Positions 12,653 through 24,930 of a stretch of DNA of 64,000 nucleotides are shown here, in pieces (position 1 is the first letter of the stretch; the number at the start of each line of letters is the position of its first letter). Location of the stretch: contig CM052832.1 in NCBI GenBank assembly GCA_028534125.1, positions 12,278,001 to 12,342,000 of the forward strand, written 5' to 3'. Position numbers and translations under genes: made by a program. This DNA is from Lama glama (taxonomy: Eukaryota). The notes beneath the pieces were generated by a model that saw only the letters and a program-made list of their open reading frames with translations, was not told the DNA's origin and did not search any database.

Positions 12653-15047
12653 GAGCCCCTGGCTTTTTGCAGGAAGTGAATGGGAACGGTCGTGAGGGGG
12701 TTTGGTTGGAGGATAGACCAGCTTCCCATACACCCCAGCCCTGCCCTATGTGGCACTGGAGAGAGGAGAGAGGACGTGGTGATGCTGCTGGTTTCCATCA
12801 GCAGAGGCCCCGGCTTCCTTCCGGCCCCTGGTCCCACCTCTGCTCGGATGACTGCACATTCCCCCACCAAGCATTCCACGTCCCTTCAGACAGGACTTTC
12901 TGCTGGACTGCCTGGGCTGGGACCTGCCTCCATTGCAGGGGTGGGAAAAGGTGCACAGAAGGGTCCCCCCGACACACACATTTGAAAATCACTGTACTCT
13001 TTTTAAATTACTCATTTAAAAAGTTATATTAAATAATGCTCATGGAATAACATTCCAACCTAGAAGAGGGGGAGGACACCCTCCCTTTCTTCTGGCTCTG
13101 AGTCACCCTTGACCTGGGCGGGCCTGGTCCTTCACTTCCTCTGTGACTGACTATCCAGGTGGGTAACAGAGTCCCTGTGTCCTGGCCCCCAGCCCTCCGC
13201 CCCAAAACCCTGTCCTCTCCCAGCCAGAAGGCAGATTCTGAAAGGAGCCCTCTGACCCCATCAAGTTATTTATTTATTTTTTTTTAAAGAACTCAAATAG
13301 TCCCCCAGAGACTTCATGGCCTGAAGAGTCACAATCATCCATCCACCTGTACTTTATGGTAAGTGTCTCAAGCATTTACCATTTGGATCTTGAGTATTTA
13401 TAGCCCTGAGCCTGGAGTGGGAGGAGGCGGTGGCCTCCACTTGCCTCCACTGTTTTTGCCTCTTGGCTGTCACTGCAGCTGGGACAGCTGAGGAATGCCA
13501 CCTTTGCAAGCCCAGGGGGTGAGGAGGGTCTGAGAGGTCTTCAGGGTGGGACCTGGGCCCTGGGGTTTGGGTTCCTATGGATGCCCAGAGAACACTGGTG
13601 ACACTATTCCAGTCTTGTGTGTCACCAGATAGCTGCCTCCTGCCAAGTGAGCTCTGGGGTTGGTAGCTCATGACAGTGAGGGTACCTGAGCAGTGGTGGG
13701 GTACACCTGACCAGTCCGCCCAAGGTCACTGTGCCCTCGTGGTGGGAGGAGGCCTCTGCCTTCAGCCCTGGGTGCAGGGGACAGGCTGTCCCCAACCAGT
13801 GGCTGCTTCTAGACCCAGGTTCCTGGTTTCCTCCCAGTTTCTACAGGAGTTTCCCCTCTGGGACTTGCTCCTGGGTGCTGAGAAGCCTGTGCGCAGGCGC
13901 AGCAGGGAACACAGAGCCGCTGACGGCCCAGGTCTGCTCAGGTCTCGGGGAAATGCAGACTGGGCAGAGCCCCCCGGGCCTGGCTTCTCCCAACCTCCCT
14001 CCACAGAGGGCAGCTCCAGTTCTCAGAGCTCCCTTCCAGAAGTGACCTGAGGAGCAGCACCTGCTCGGAGGCACAGCCAGGATCTCTCTCAGAACTAAGG
14101 TCCTGAGGCCACCAACCCCCTATCCCCTGCACCCAGAAAAGCCAGAGGAGGGTGAGGCCGCAGGCTCAGCGTCTGGCCTGGGTTGAGGGGTGGGGTGGCA
14201 GAGCACCGCAGCACAGCACCTAGGTGAGCAAATATACAAACTGTGTTCACAACAAGCCCTGAGTTCACAGCTGTGAGTTCCCTTCAGAAATAATTCCATG
14301 ATGCCTGTGCATCTGCGCACTTTGTCCCTCCCTCTACTGCTCTGTGCTCGCTCTGGCTCTGGGGAGAGGCAAACAGCATCTGAGCGAGTCTCCTGCAGTC
14401 CTGACCAGCTCTCTGGGGGGCCCGAGTACCACCCCATGTACACATGTAGGTGGCGAGGCGCAGCTCGCTTGCTCTGGGACAGTCAGATAGAGGAGTGTGG
14501 GCCCATGCTGTGACCACGGCTCTGCAGCACCGTTTCTCAGAACTCCTTTCCAGGCTCCTGGGCACTGCAGACATCTGTCATACCCTCTGCATCCTGAGAT
14601 GGATTAGTCCATCTTAAGGCAAAGTAAGTAAGTGTATCCTCTACATCAAAGAGTTCACACAGCATTTATATCATCAGTCTGATCATCCCTTCCAGGACTC
14701 TTCCTCCTCTGGACCCTTCCTTGGGTAGGATTTGGTCTTGGACATGCCAGGGCCCAGGCACACCCAACCCATGCACCCCTAGGGACCTCTTAAGGCTGGT
14801 ACTCAGTTATTCCCCTTTCCCTCAAATTTGTAACCTTGCTGCCAGCAAAGACTGGGCCCAGCAGATGCACCTCCACCCCAGGGCCAGGCCTCCCAAGGCA
14901 GAACCACCCAATAGCAACCAGGGGAGCAACTGTGGAGCCTGTACACTTACGAGACAGGTGAACCCTAGACAATGCACACAAGAGCCCTCCGTCTTTTTCA
15001 GCCTCTGGCTGGGGAGACTTCTACTGATTATCCAGGTGGCACTTAGG

Positions 15048-15095
15048 AGAACCGGCAAAACAGAGAAACCCAAACTTTCATACGATTGGTTTAAT
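15048..15095 (-). terminator. ZFAND3 distal polyadenylation signal with GU-rich downstream element
   Basis: ATTAAA on - strand at 15090-15095 (second at 15141-15146), followed about 15 nt later by GTTTGGGTTTCTCTGTTTTG. Confidence 0.7.
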
Positions 15096-17188
15096 TTTTT
15101 TTTCAGCAGGAAAAAAAAAAGAATAAAGTTACAAGATTCTTTTAATATTTTCACAATGTTAAAACTAAAACTGAGCTCTAGGCTATGTGTGTAAGTAAAT
15201 CTAGAACACAAAAGGGTTAAATAAGATCTCTTTTAAAGATACAAGAATTTAAGCTTTCCTTACATTTAACAAACTTCACAGAACAGATACTGCAGGGGAA
15301 CAAGCCCTCCCTCCTCGCCCCCTCCCCGGCTCTACCATCAGGAAGTGAACGAGGGCTGTGAGCCCATGTGCCGCCGGGCTCCCCAGACAGCCTGCTTCCC
15401 ATCACTGCCTGGTAGCAGCAGCTGGTGGGGCCTGAGGAGGGCCGGAAGGGCACGTGGTGGCCTCTTCATGACGAGAGCTGGGGAGGGGGGGTGCCGAGGC
15501 GGGCCGCCTCACTGAGGATGGCCAGGTACTGGCCAGAGGGCCGTGGCTTGACAACAGTGGTAAACACGGGCAGACCTGGCCCCTCTGCCCTGGGCTGCCC
15601 TAGAGCAAGACACCGGTCTGGGTCCTGAAGCAAGAATTAAGGCTGGAGATTTTGCAGCGGGTTCCACTCTGGTGGGGGTGGGGTGGGAGAGGAGGTTGGG
15701 AAGAGCATGATTTCCTATTTCAGTATTTTGGGTCAAAAACCTTTTGTAGTTGCAGGTATTAACAATTAATTTGCAGACAGCTGAACAAACGTTTGCTGTG
15801 GTGTAAAAGAGAAAGCTGCTGAGTGAAACTATTTCAGTAGCCTGTGTATGGGCAGATCCAGAGTGCCTCTGCAGGAGCCTCCACCCTCACCAACCTGGAT
15901 CAGATGGGGCTCTGGGCCACTCAGCCCTGCTCAGACTTCAAGGGAATCTCAGTCCTGTCTGCCCACCCCACCCCACCTGAAAGGAGAGCATCACCAAACA
16001 CGGGTAAGCAGGCCCAGATCCACCCCTCCCCACCCGGCCTGAGCTCCTGCGGCTACGCGGCTCCTTGCTCCCCTAGCGCGTGAGCGACTCTCTCGAGCTG
16101 GGCCGCGAACCACTGTTCTAGACAGACCAACCAGCTGTCCCTGTGACATACGCTGTCCCCGGACGAAGCCTGCTATGTGGTGGAGGCGGACTAGTTGTCC
16201 TTGGGCTACAGACACGGGAGGTGAGGCCAAGGCATCGCTGAGCAGACTCCTGCTGCAAGGGGCAGAGCTGTGGGCAGCCCCCAGCACTTGTATTGATTCC
16301 TGTTGGCTATGAAACATCTTTTAAAAACTCCCAATATAGAAATCTAGCTGCAGAGGCCAGTGTGCAGGCCACAGCTGCTGTACTGCGATGAGCCTTATTT
16401 GATCAACAGCCAGATCCTGCACGTGGCAAATGGCAAACCATAGCCAGTGGGGTCAGGGTGGCCTCAGCTGCTTCTCGGAACCAGGGGTCCTGTGTAGAAA
16501 AGGTGGGTCTCGTTTGTGGACTAGTCTTGAGTGGAGCTGATTTTCAAAGTGAGGTTATTGTTTCTCTTCTCGTGTAATGAGAGAGTTTTTCATAGCAAGT
16601 CAGGTTAAAAATTTTCTTAAGAACCTGCCCCCACCCCCAATTCCTGCTCTGAGGCCACCGCCCAGCCCAGCCACGGGGCCAATCGCAGCAGCCTCCTGTG
16701 GCCCTGGCACGAGCGGCCATTAGGTATTGTGGCTGCAGGGACTAAGGGTAAGTGAAGAGGTGAAGGCCGAACACTAACCAGAGTTTCCAGCAGAGCCCGT
16801 GCGTCGTGGGGACTTGCACACCAGCGTCTCCTCCTCTACTGACTCAGAGTCTCCATCTGGAACACTTTCCGCTTAAGGCTTTTTATAAGTTTGACTCCAG
16901 CAGTGACAGGTATGTGTTGTTTTAAATCCACTAGCCATGCTCAAAAAAAAATATTCTTCATGTTTTAATTTTATACAATGGCTAGCAGGCACCTTAGTAA
17001 CCAGCCAGAAATCAATTTCAACCACCATCAACCCCTAAACTACAGTACCAGGATGGCTGGCTAAGGAAAGGAAACGGACTGGCTGTAGTCTGACGTGTGC
17101 CCAGTACAAGGTGTCTGGCTGACTTTGTCCTAAATAAGGCTAACATTAGTGAACTAAGAACAGCGTCTCGTGGCGGCCAAGCCGGCCT
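15075..17188 (-). other. ZFAND3: ZFAND3 3' UTR
   Basis: Runs from the stop codon to a U-rich terminal segment with ATTAAA and a GU-rich downstream element. Cleavage position is approximate. Confidence 0.75.
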
Positions 17189-17343
17189 TCAGGAGCACCC
17201 CTCCCCAATGCGCTGGCAAGAGCGCCCCACTTTCCGGTCCAGTTTCACCATTTTCATGATGGCTTCCTCTCGGCCATGGCCCATGTGGTCAAACGTACAG
17301 TCGTGCTGCTCGGGGAGGCGATGTAACATACAGAACACGTAAC
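17189..17343 (-). CDS. ZFAND3: ZFAND3 last coding exon ([51 protein letters not shown])
   Basis: Hand translation of the - strand gives the second half of the AN1 finger (FCxxHRxPExHxC). Acceptor ...cttctcccactactgcAG (17344-17345), CTAAC branch at 17377-17381, TGA at 17189-17191. Joins the 43645 donor in frame (G|GT = Gly). Confidence 0.97.
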
Positions 17344-20300
17344 CTGCAGTAGTGGGAGAAGCAGAGAAGACAGACCGTTAGGTGTGGCCTCTGCCTACCC
17401 AGAACCCCAGCTCTCGCTCGGGTCCAGAGGGCAGGAGGGGCATCCCAGTGAGTGGACAATGGTCGCAGCAGGGTCTCTGGCTGCTGAAGAGTCTGTTACA
17501 ACATCACCCCTTTAACAAGAGAGCCAGCACTTTGACGAACATGTTATTCCTCAGAACGTCCCAGGGGTACATCCGCCCCTGCGTTCAGTGCTGTTCCTGC
17601 CTGGACCTTGAAGGTGGAGCTCCAAGGCCACTGCTCTAGCGAGACACCCCTACCTCCCTGAGATGAGTGGACGCTAAGCACCCCCCACCAAGCAGGCAGG
17701 AAAGCACAGAGTTGCCAGCTCAGCACTGCCCAGGCTTGGACAAACCTCATACCTACAAGATACCTACCGTTCTAGGAGGCAGAAAGAGAGCAGGAATAAT
17801 TATGGCTTAAATTACATTCTACCTCCTGTATAACTGAGTTTTGGGGGTGGAGGGTGTGATCAAACCGAAACTCACCCATGAATGGGAGCTCTCAAGGGAA
17901 AATGATTATGTCAAGTGCTGGAAAAGGTACTACATAAAAGGAAAGAACAGAAATGTTGAGCTCCAATCGGCATCTCACAGAAGCCCACTTCACCTTCTAA
18001 CTTCTGCTGGGCAGGAGGTTGAGGTCCCCATACTCAGGGCTTCCTGGCCTGAGTCCGAGGGAAAAAAGGATTGAGGAGAGCGGGTGGACAGCACACATCA
18101 AATCCCTCTGGCAGAAAACAATGAGAGGAGGCCCTCAGGGTGTCAGTGGAGAGGATCAGAGGACAAAGGGATGTGGCCCATTCCCTCTCCCCTCTGGTCA
18201 GTTTCTAGGAGGGGGGATGGGGAAGCCAGTAGGGGACAGCCTTCTGTCTGGCCCTCTTTTTCAGGAAGTGGGTAGATCTGGGCTGGCTCACCACCACCTC
18301 ATCCCATCAGCTATAGGTGGTCACACCCCCAGGTCCCCTGAGCCTAGACCAGGTCCACAGGCCCTACCTGGAGCGAATCAGCATCCTTTCCTAAACCTCC
18401 TCTCCCTGTGCACTTGGGGCAGGCCTCCCACAGCAGCCCCACCAGGCCAATGCTGTCCTCACTCTTCAAGCAAATGGGAGACCGCAGCAGCCAGAGTGAA
18501 TGGGCAGCCACCCCTTGCAAACTGTGATCATCCATCTCCCTGTCCTCAATTATTTTCAGACAACAGAGGTGAAGGCACTGATTTCAGAAGAACAGCAGAA
18601 GTTGAAGCAAAGACTGGCCATGATGGACAACTGCAAAAGCCTTAATGTTTAAAACCAGTTTCACCCAGAGAATATTCCTCAGCTGACACAGACCTGCTCT
18701 GATGCCTTGAGCTCATGTGGAGTATGGCACGTGCATGTGGCCCAGGGGCCTGAGCGACCAGGCTGAGCCTGGACTATCCATTGTGCGAGAAAATACATTA
18801 TTAACTGCTTCCCAGGGAGAGCAGGGCAATACGTTTGATTCTAAATTGGGATTTGGTTTAAGGAAAAGAACAGAGATGAAATTTTTGTCTCCTGAGAAGC
18901 TGAGCTCTCACTTGGCCCAAAAGAAAAGTTAAGATTAATGAGGTTGAGTGTTGTATTTACCGGTAAGTTCATTACTTGAAGATATTGGATACAGTTGTCT
19001 TTCTCCTGAAGGATCTCACAGCAGAAGCGTGGATGGCCTCAATATGCATCCTCGACCTAATAAGCATAATCATCTTTCTGGAGCAGAGCCCATCTGGTTG
19101 GGGAGAACCTGCTCAGGTCAGGACTTGGGGTGGGGGGCACCAGCTGTATGGCGGCAGGAAGGGTGTGGAGACATTTTTGTCGCCAAGTCTGGACATAATA
19201 CCTTCAGCATCTACAATAAGGGGTGCAAGGACCCCTGCTGCCCTTCCCTTTCTTCAAGATATTGGGATGATGCAGGAGAGGGCCCCAGGGTGCCTCCTCT
19301 CCTGATGAATGGGTTACCCCAGAAATGAACTCAGCCCTGGTTCGGCCTAACACCTCATTAGTCAAAGGCAGACTTGGGTGGAGGGGACAGGCTCCAGTCT
19401 CACCCTCACTATGCTCCCTCACAACTCCGTGGGTGCATCTGTGAGCCCCATACTGTCTTGAAAAGGAAACAGGGCATATCAACCACAGAAACTCCTGGAT
19501 ATCCTCTCCACTCACCCAAGGATTCTCCATCCAGACAGAAACACCTTATTTCTCTACCCAAGTTCTATGTACCTCTGTCAGACACACAATGACTCTTGGC
19601 TTTGATTTTTGAAAGGTGAAAACCACTAAACAGGTAAATTTTGTAATTCACTGGAGAAAAGCCTCAGGCAAATTTTGGAAGGCTAACTTCCCAAGCTGCT
19701 GCACTGAGGTTATAAGATGGCATAAGTTAAGCTCAATTCCCTCTCCTGTCAGGGTCACTCACCAAGAGGAAGTTACGTGCTGGAACTCGTCCCAGATGCT
19801 CAGGAGGTATTATCTACTGACAGCAGCCAACTGGCTACATGCATTTCAGTGTCAGTAGCTGGGGAGGGCTGGGTGGAAGTGAGCATCGCAGGATGACTCG
19901 GGGGGAGGGGGTGAGTCTTTATCCTCTTTTCTTGGTACTCACAGATCTGTTTCCAGAACCCACTCAAGTGTCATGAACATTCAATTACTCTGACAGAATT
20001 CTGGAGACCAAGCTGGGTGTGGGGAGAGGTGAGTTCAGGCTGCTGGGGAAGTGATGAACACAGTTTTAAATCACAAGGGCACTTATAGCCACCATCCTGG
20101 CTAGGCCAGCCTCAACGCTTCCTCACGCCGTTTATTAGAAGTCAGGTGGGGCCTTTCCAGACAGGGTCAGCCAAGGCAGTGTCCAGAAGGAAAGAAAGCA
20201 CAAAGGACACTGAACTGATCAGCTCAGCTGTGACATGGGTTTTGGTATCAAGGATATCATGCAGTTCTTCTCTTCCTGATTTTAAAGTTATATATCATCA

Positions 20301-23300
20301 TCAGACTCATTCACCCATTCATGTACATACAATTCATATCTACACCCTCCTGATGACCCTATAGTTCAGCATCATGTAGTTTCAAAAACAATTTCAACAT
20401 ACTTCCATGTACAATAGCTCTATACATCTAGTGCTTTAGGGGGATAACATGACTGAAAGGATGCTGACCCCCTAAAAGAGAGGAAAACAGCTAAAGCAGA
20501 AGTTTTTGAAAGTAATTCTAAATATGGTTTAACCTGAGCTCTTTCTCCTGCCATGTCACATGACTGCTGCCCCCGCTCCTGGGAGCCCTGGATCACTGAT
20601 TTTCCATGAAATACTGGCCTAGGAGGAAGCCACAGAGATCTGTTAAGACTGTGGAGTTGTTTTCAGTAAATCTGCGCAAAATGACCAAGAACTTGTGTGA
20701 GCGTTTCTCTGCTTGCTGGCGCTGAAGAGCAATTTGGGGTGAGACTTTGATTAAAAAGGGAGGATGCAGAAGCAGCTCTATAAGCACTGTGCTCCACAGC
20801 CCACCATCCAGTCCCTCTCCACCTGCCACTGCCTAGCTCCTGACAGGCCATCTGGGTATAGGAAGAGAGAAAGGAGTCCCGACCACAGGTGCTACCACTC
20901 AGCCCCCAGCGAGCTGCGCTGCAAGGTCTCTGGAGGGTCCCTGGCAGCTACGTCCTCAGTTTGAAAAAATCTTCAACTAAGCAGGCAGCCTCAGGACGGG
21001 AGGAAGAGGATGCCTGCCCAGAGAGCCACCAGGGCCGAACCATGCAGGCTCCTCCCAGGTGCTGTGCCGCGGGCCAGAGCAGGACTTCCCCGACTGTCTA
21101 TCAGAGACACAAGACTACGGCAGAAGACAAAAAATACAATTCAGGACCTATCTAAATAATCCTCTACCCCAACAGGATTCCCACATGAAGGAGAAACACA
21201 GGGGCAGCACTCAGGTCACTCTTACCCTGAACAGAGAGGCTGGGGGGACTCCTGTCGGAGGACAGACATCTCAGTGGCGGCCTCTCACAGGTATGAACGA
21301 GCACATCCAGACTCAGCCCTCCTGGTGTGGGGCCGGAACCTACGGCCCCAGTGAGCCACATGCCACCGAGACCTGAAGATGCCCAACATCTGACGGCCCT
21401 AAACCATACACACCCAGCAGAAAACTGATCTGAGGCTCATTCCTCCAAGATTCAAAGGTCTGTCTGACATGCGGGTTTCTAAAAATTCTCCTTTGGTAGG
21501 AACCAAACTTGTGACTTAACCTTTCAGCCTTTAAAGCTAACATCTGAAAGTCTTCCATTTTATTCCAATGTCCTCATCCACAGCTAAACCTCATTCCTGC
21601 TCACACAGAGAGGGGTGTGGCTATTTTGAGACAAAACACCAGGACTGAGAACAGTCTGACAAATGCCATCACTAGGCAAAGATGATGCAGCACTGAACAC
21701 CTTGCTGTAAGTGCTAAGAAAGATGTAATATTATCTCCTGTTTCACTCACTTGTTTACAAAAATCAATGGCAATCACCAAGAGAACACCCAAGGCCTAAG
21801 GAGAAAGGGTCTCTACCTCTCAGTAGTGCTGGCCAGCAGGGCCAGAGGGCAGCTGAACAGATAACTGGCCTCATCTGCCAGTTCCCTTCCCTCCACTTCT
21901 CCCCCACGAGGTCCGGCTACTGTGTTGAGAGTGAGGAAGGCGGGGAGGGGGATGGTGGGCTTAGGGAGGGAGCCAAACTTTCATCCTGCAGGCAGTAAAG
22001 CCCCCAGGCGAGCACTTCCCTCCAAACCCTGAGAACTGAGCAGGGGTTGGAACCTTTTGTTTTCCGTGAAATTTCCTAAGGGAGGCAAAGAAAGTGATGC
22101 CAAAATTCACAAGTCTGAGCCCTTGACATTTTTATTCAATCCCTGCCAGGCAGAAATGCTGCTTATTGGCTTTATCTTAGAGTAAGAAGTACCATTTAAA
22201 GTTGGCAAAACTGGGCAGCTCTGGATACTTATGGACTTTGATTAATTAAACATTTGTTTTCTTCCAAGACCCCCCCACTTGGAAGCTCTCCCTAAGTGGC
22301 CATTTTAGTGAAGCCTCAGACCAGGGCGGGCCTCAGCTCCAGCCGCTCGGGTGTTTTTACCTCACTTGCAAGAAATGTTTTACACTTTCTGGCTCGTTTG
22401 AATTTAAAATTGTCAAAGGTTCAAGAAGAACCTAAAAATACTGACAAGCCTCGGGGACTGAGGCACTGTAAAGTGATCCACGGGTGTGCAGCTTCAGGTG
22501 GCCGTGTGTGTGCCGTCTGCACAGACACATTTGTCCCCAGGTCCCTGCCCACCAGCAGCGAGGCCCAGGCACTGTGTGTCCTGGTAGCAGGAAGACGCGC
22601 ATGGGCTGCAGAGGCATGTGGGCTCGAAACAGAGACCACCCAAGACCTCCCAAAGCTTCTTGAGAAACCAAGGTAATGGACCCTCCAAATCTCAACTCAC
22701 CGATAGGTACCATTTGCTACCTAAAGTGTCTATTTCAAACATAAACAACAGTTATGCCTGACCGATCTGAAACGACCAGGCAAGCTCATTAGAAAAAAGA
22801 ATCACGTTTTTCCAGCAAGGTAAAAGTTTCTTAAAGCTCAGGACAGCTAGCTGACCTAACAACTCATTTGTAAGTACATGTTGGGAACAGCAGGTAGCTG
22901 CAGGAAAGCTTGTTGGAAAGCATTAGCCATTTATATTCCCACCAGCAATCCCTGGATTACACCACATTCGCTGACCCAATGCCCAAGGCAGAATTTGTAG
23001 CACAGAAATGCATTAAAGGATCTTAATGCATTTTATTTCATCAGGCCCATGGTACAGGCAAAGCAGCTGCAGGTGTTGCGGGAACAGAATGCATCTGCTT
23101 TACATTCTCCTCCATCCCTGGCTTTGCACGGTGGAGGGAGGAGCATCACACTCCCAGAGACAGAACCGGATCCCGGCTCACTGAGTTGGCTGACAGACAC
23201 AGTGCTCAGCTGGGCCGGATGGATGGACCTCTAGAGGTCAGCTGCCCAGGGAGCTAGAACCAAGGCCACAGTGAATTACCAACCTGGGCATCTGTCTGTC

Positions 23301-24804
23301 TGCTTTCCAAAGGGAAGGAGAACTTGCAACTTAAAGAGCCCACTGTACTCAATAATTTAATAAAAACTACTAAACCATACTGAGACAGCTCTAAAACAGA
23401 CGCAATCACTTGTTTCCCCCCAACTCAATTAAAATATCAGATACAAGGTAAACGCCAGAACAAAAGCAGTGTGACAGAAGCAAAGATACCCAAGCCTGTG
23501 CAAAGAGCTCCTGAGGCAGCTGTGTGCAGGCAGCGTAGGCTCTGGGGGAAGCAGTCAGCAGCGAGGAGACGCGCTGGGTCACAGTCCAGCTAATGAAGCT
23601 CCTGACACAGTGTGTACATATGTCAGTTCACAAGAACAGGACATTCACCACTCTTGGTAGCCTTTATTATTGTCTCTTCAGACAGCCCAGTTCCTGCAAA
23701 AACTCTGACCGCTTTCCCCTCTTCTGTGAGGAATCCCTGGAATGTTTCCTTCCGTCACCCATATCGGCAGCCTCACCTTACCTGACACTCGAAGAACAAA
23801 CCTCCACTCTTGCCTCCACCTAGGAAAAACCTTTTGCCACCAGGAGGTGGGAGGTCGGGGTGGGCTGGGCCTGGGGGACAGGGTGCCCGTATCTGATGGA
23901 TCCTGCACCGATGGATCCTGCACCATCAGCTCTGACTTGGGAGAGCCCTCCCCCTAGCAAGCTTGTTAACCCGTCGGTACACAAGAAGGGGGCTGAATGT
24001 AGACTCATGTGATGTTTTATCTAGAGATGAACATACATTTAAAAACTAAGGGAAAATGGCTCAAGGCAGTTTCTGCCACAGGAATAATGACTTGCTCTTT
24101 CAAACATCATTTTGCTTCAGTAGCTGAAAGCAGGCAGCGCTAGCCTCTTGGTACCTGGGGCAGTTTTTAGGATCCAAAGAACCCTAGGAGGTGCCTGCAC
24201 TCCTGGTCTCCTCTCCCCCACCCCAGCCTCTCTGGGGCCTCAGGAGAATGTGAGGTCCTGGTAGGAAACTTTCTGTTTTGGTGGTGACCTTATCCTCTTC
24301 TCAGCAGGCTCCTGATTTGTTGGCTTTCAACATTTCCTTGTCCTTTAAAAGATTATCTCCTCAAACACAGAGGTCTCCTAGAAAACCAGTTCCAAAGCTG
24401 CAAGTCATCCTGCCCAAGAGCTGCTGCCACGGGCGAGGCCAGGGCCCTTGAGAGCAGCTCAGGGGCCAGGCTCCCGGCGCACGGCTCGCCGCAGAACTGC
24501 GGCCGGTGCAGCCACCCGTGAAGGCTAACCTGGCCAGAGCCAGTTCATCCAACTCGCAGAATGCCCAAGTGGCAATGCCGCTGGGGGCATCACACTGCAA
24601 ATGCTATGCGTCTCTCTCCAGAACAACACTTGGAAAATACCTGCCCCATTTTTCTCTGCTGACCTTTCAATCTACATGCTGGAGTCACAGGCGAGGACGA
24701 AGACGATAGCCCAGAGTTGGGAGAGACCCCTGGCTTAGTCCCACCCCTGCTGCTATGGCATGGGCCTGCAGGGAATCTCAAGTTCTCTTTCTGGATGATC
24801 CAAT

Positions 24805-24930
24805 GAGGAGCTTCTGGTTTGGAACCTAAGTACTGGATGCACATTCCCTTGGCACTGCTTTGACAGCTGTGTGACTGCTGGAAAGCCATTTAGCCTTTCA
24901 GACCTTCAGGTGTGTCTCCTATAAACGGAT
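24805..24930 (+). mobile_element. MIR fragment
   Basis: Core-like ...agctgtgtgact...aagccatttagcctttcagaccttcag...ctcctataaa. Confidence 0.55.

Noticed and set aside
12457..12879. 140 aa ORF with protein-like C-terminal half
   Set aside because: L1 ORF2 remnant fused by chance to flanking sequence, not a host gene.
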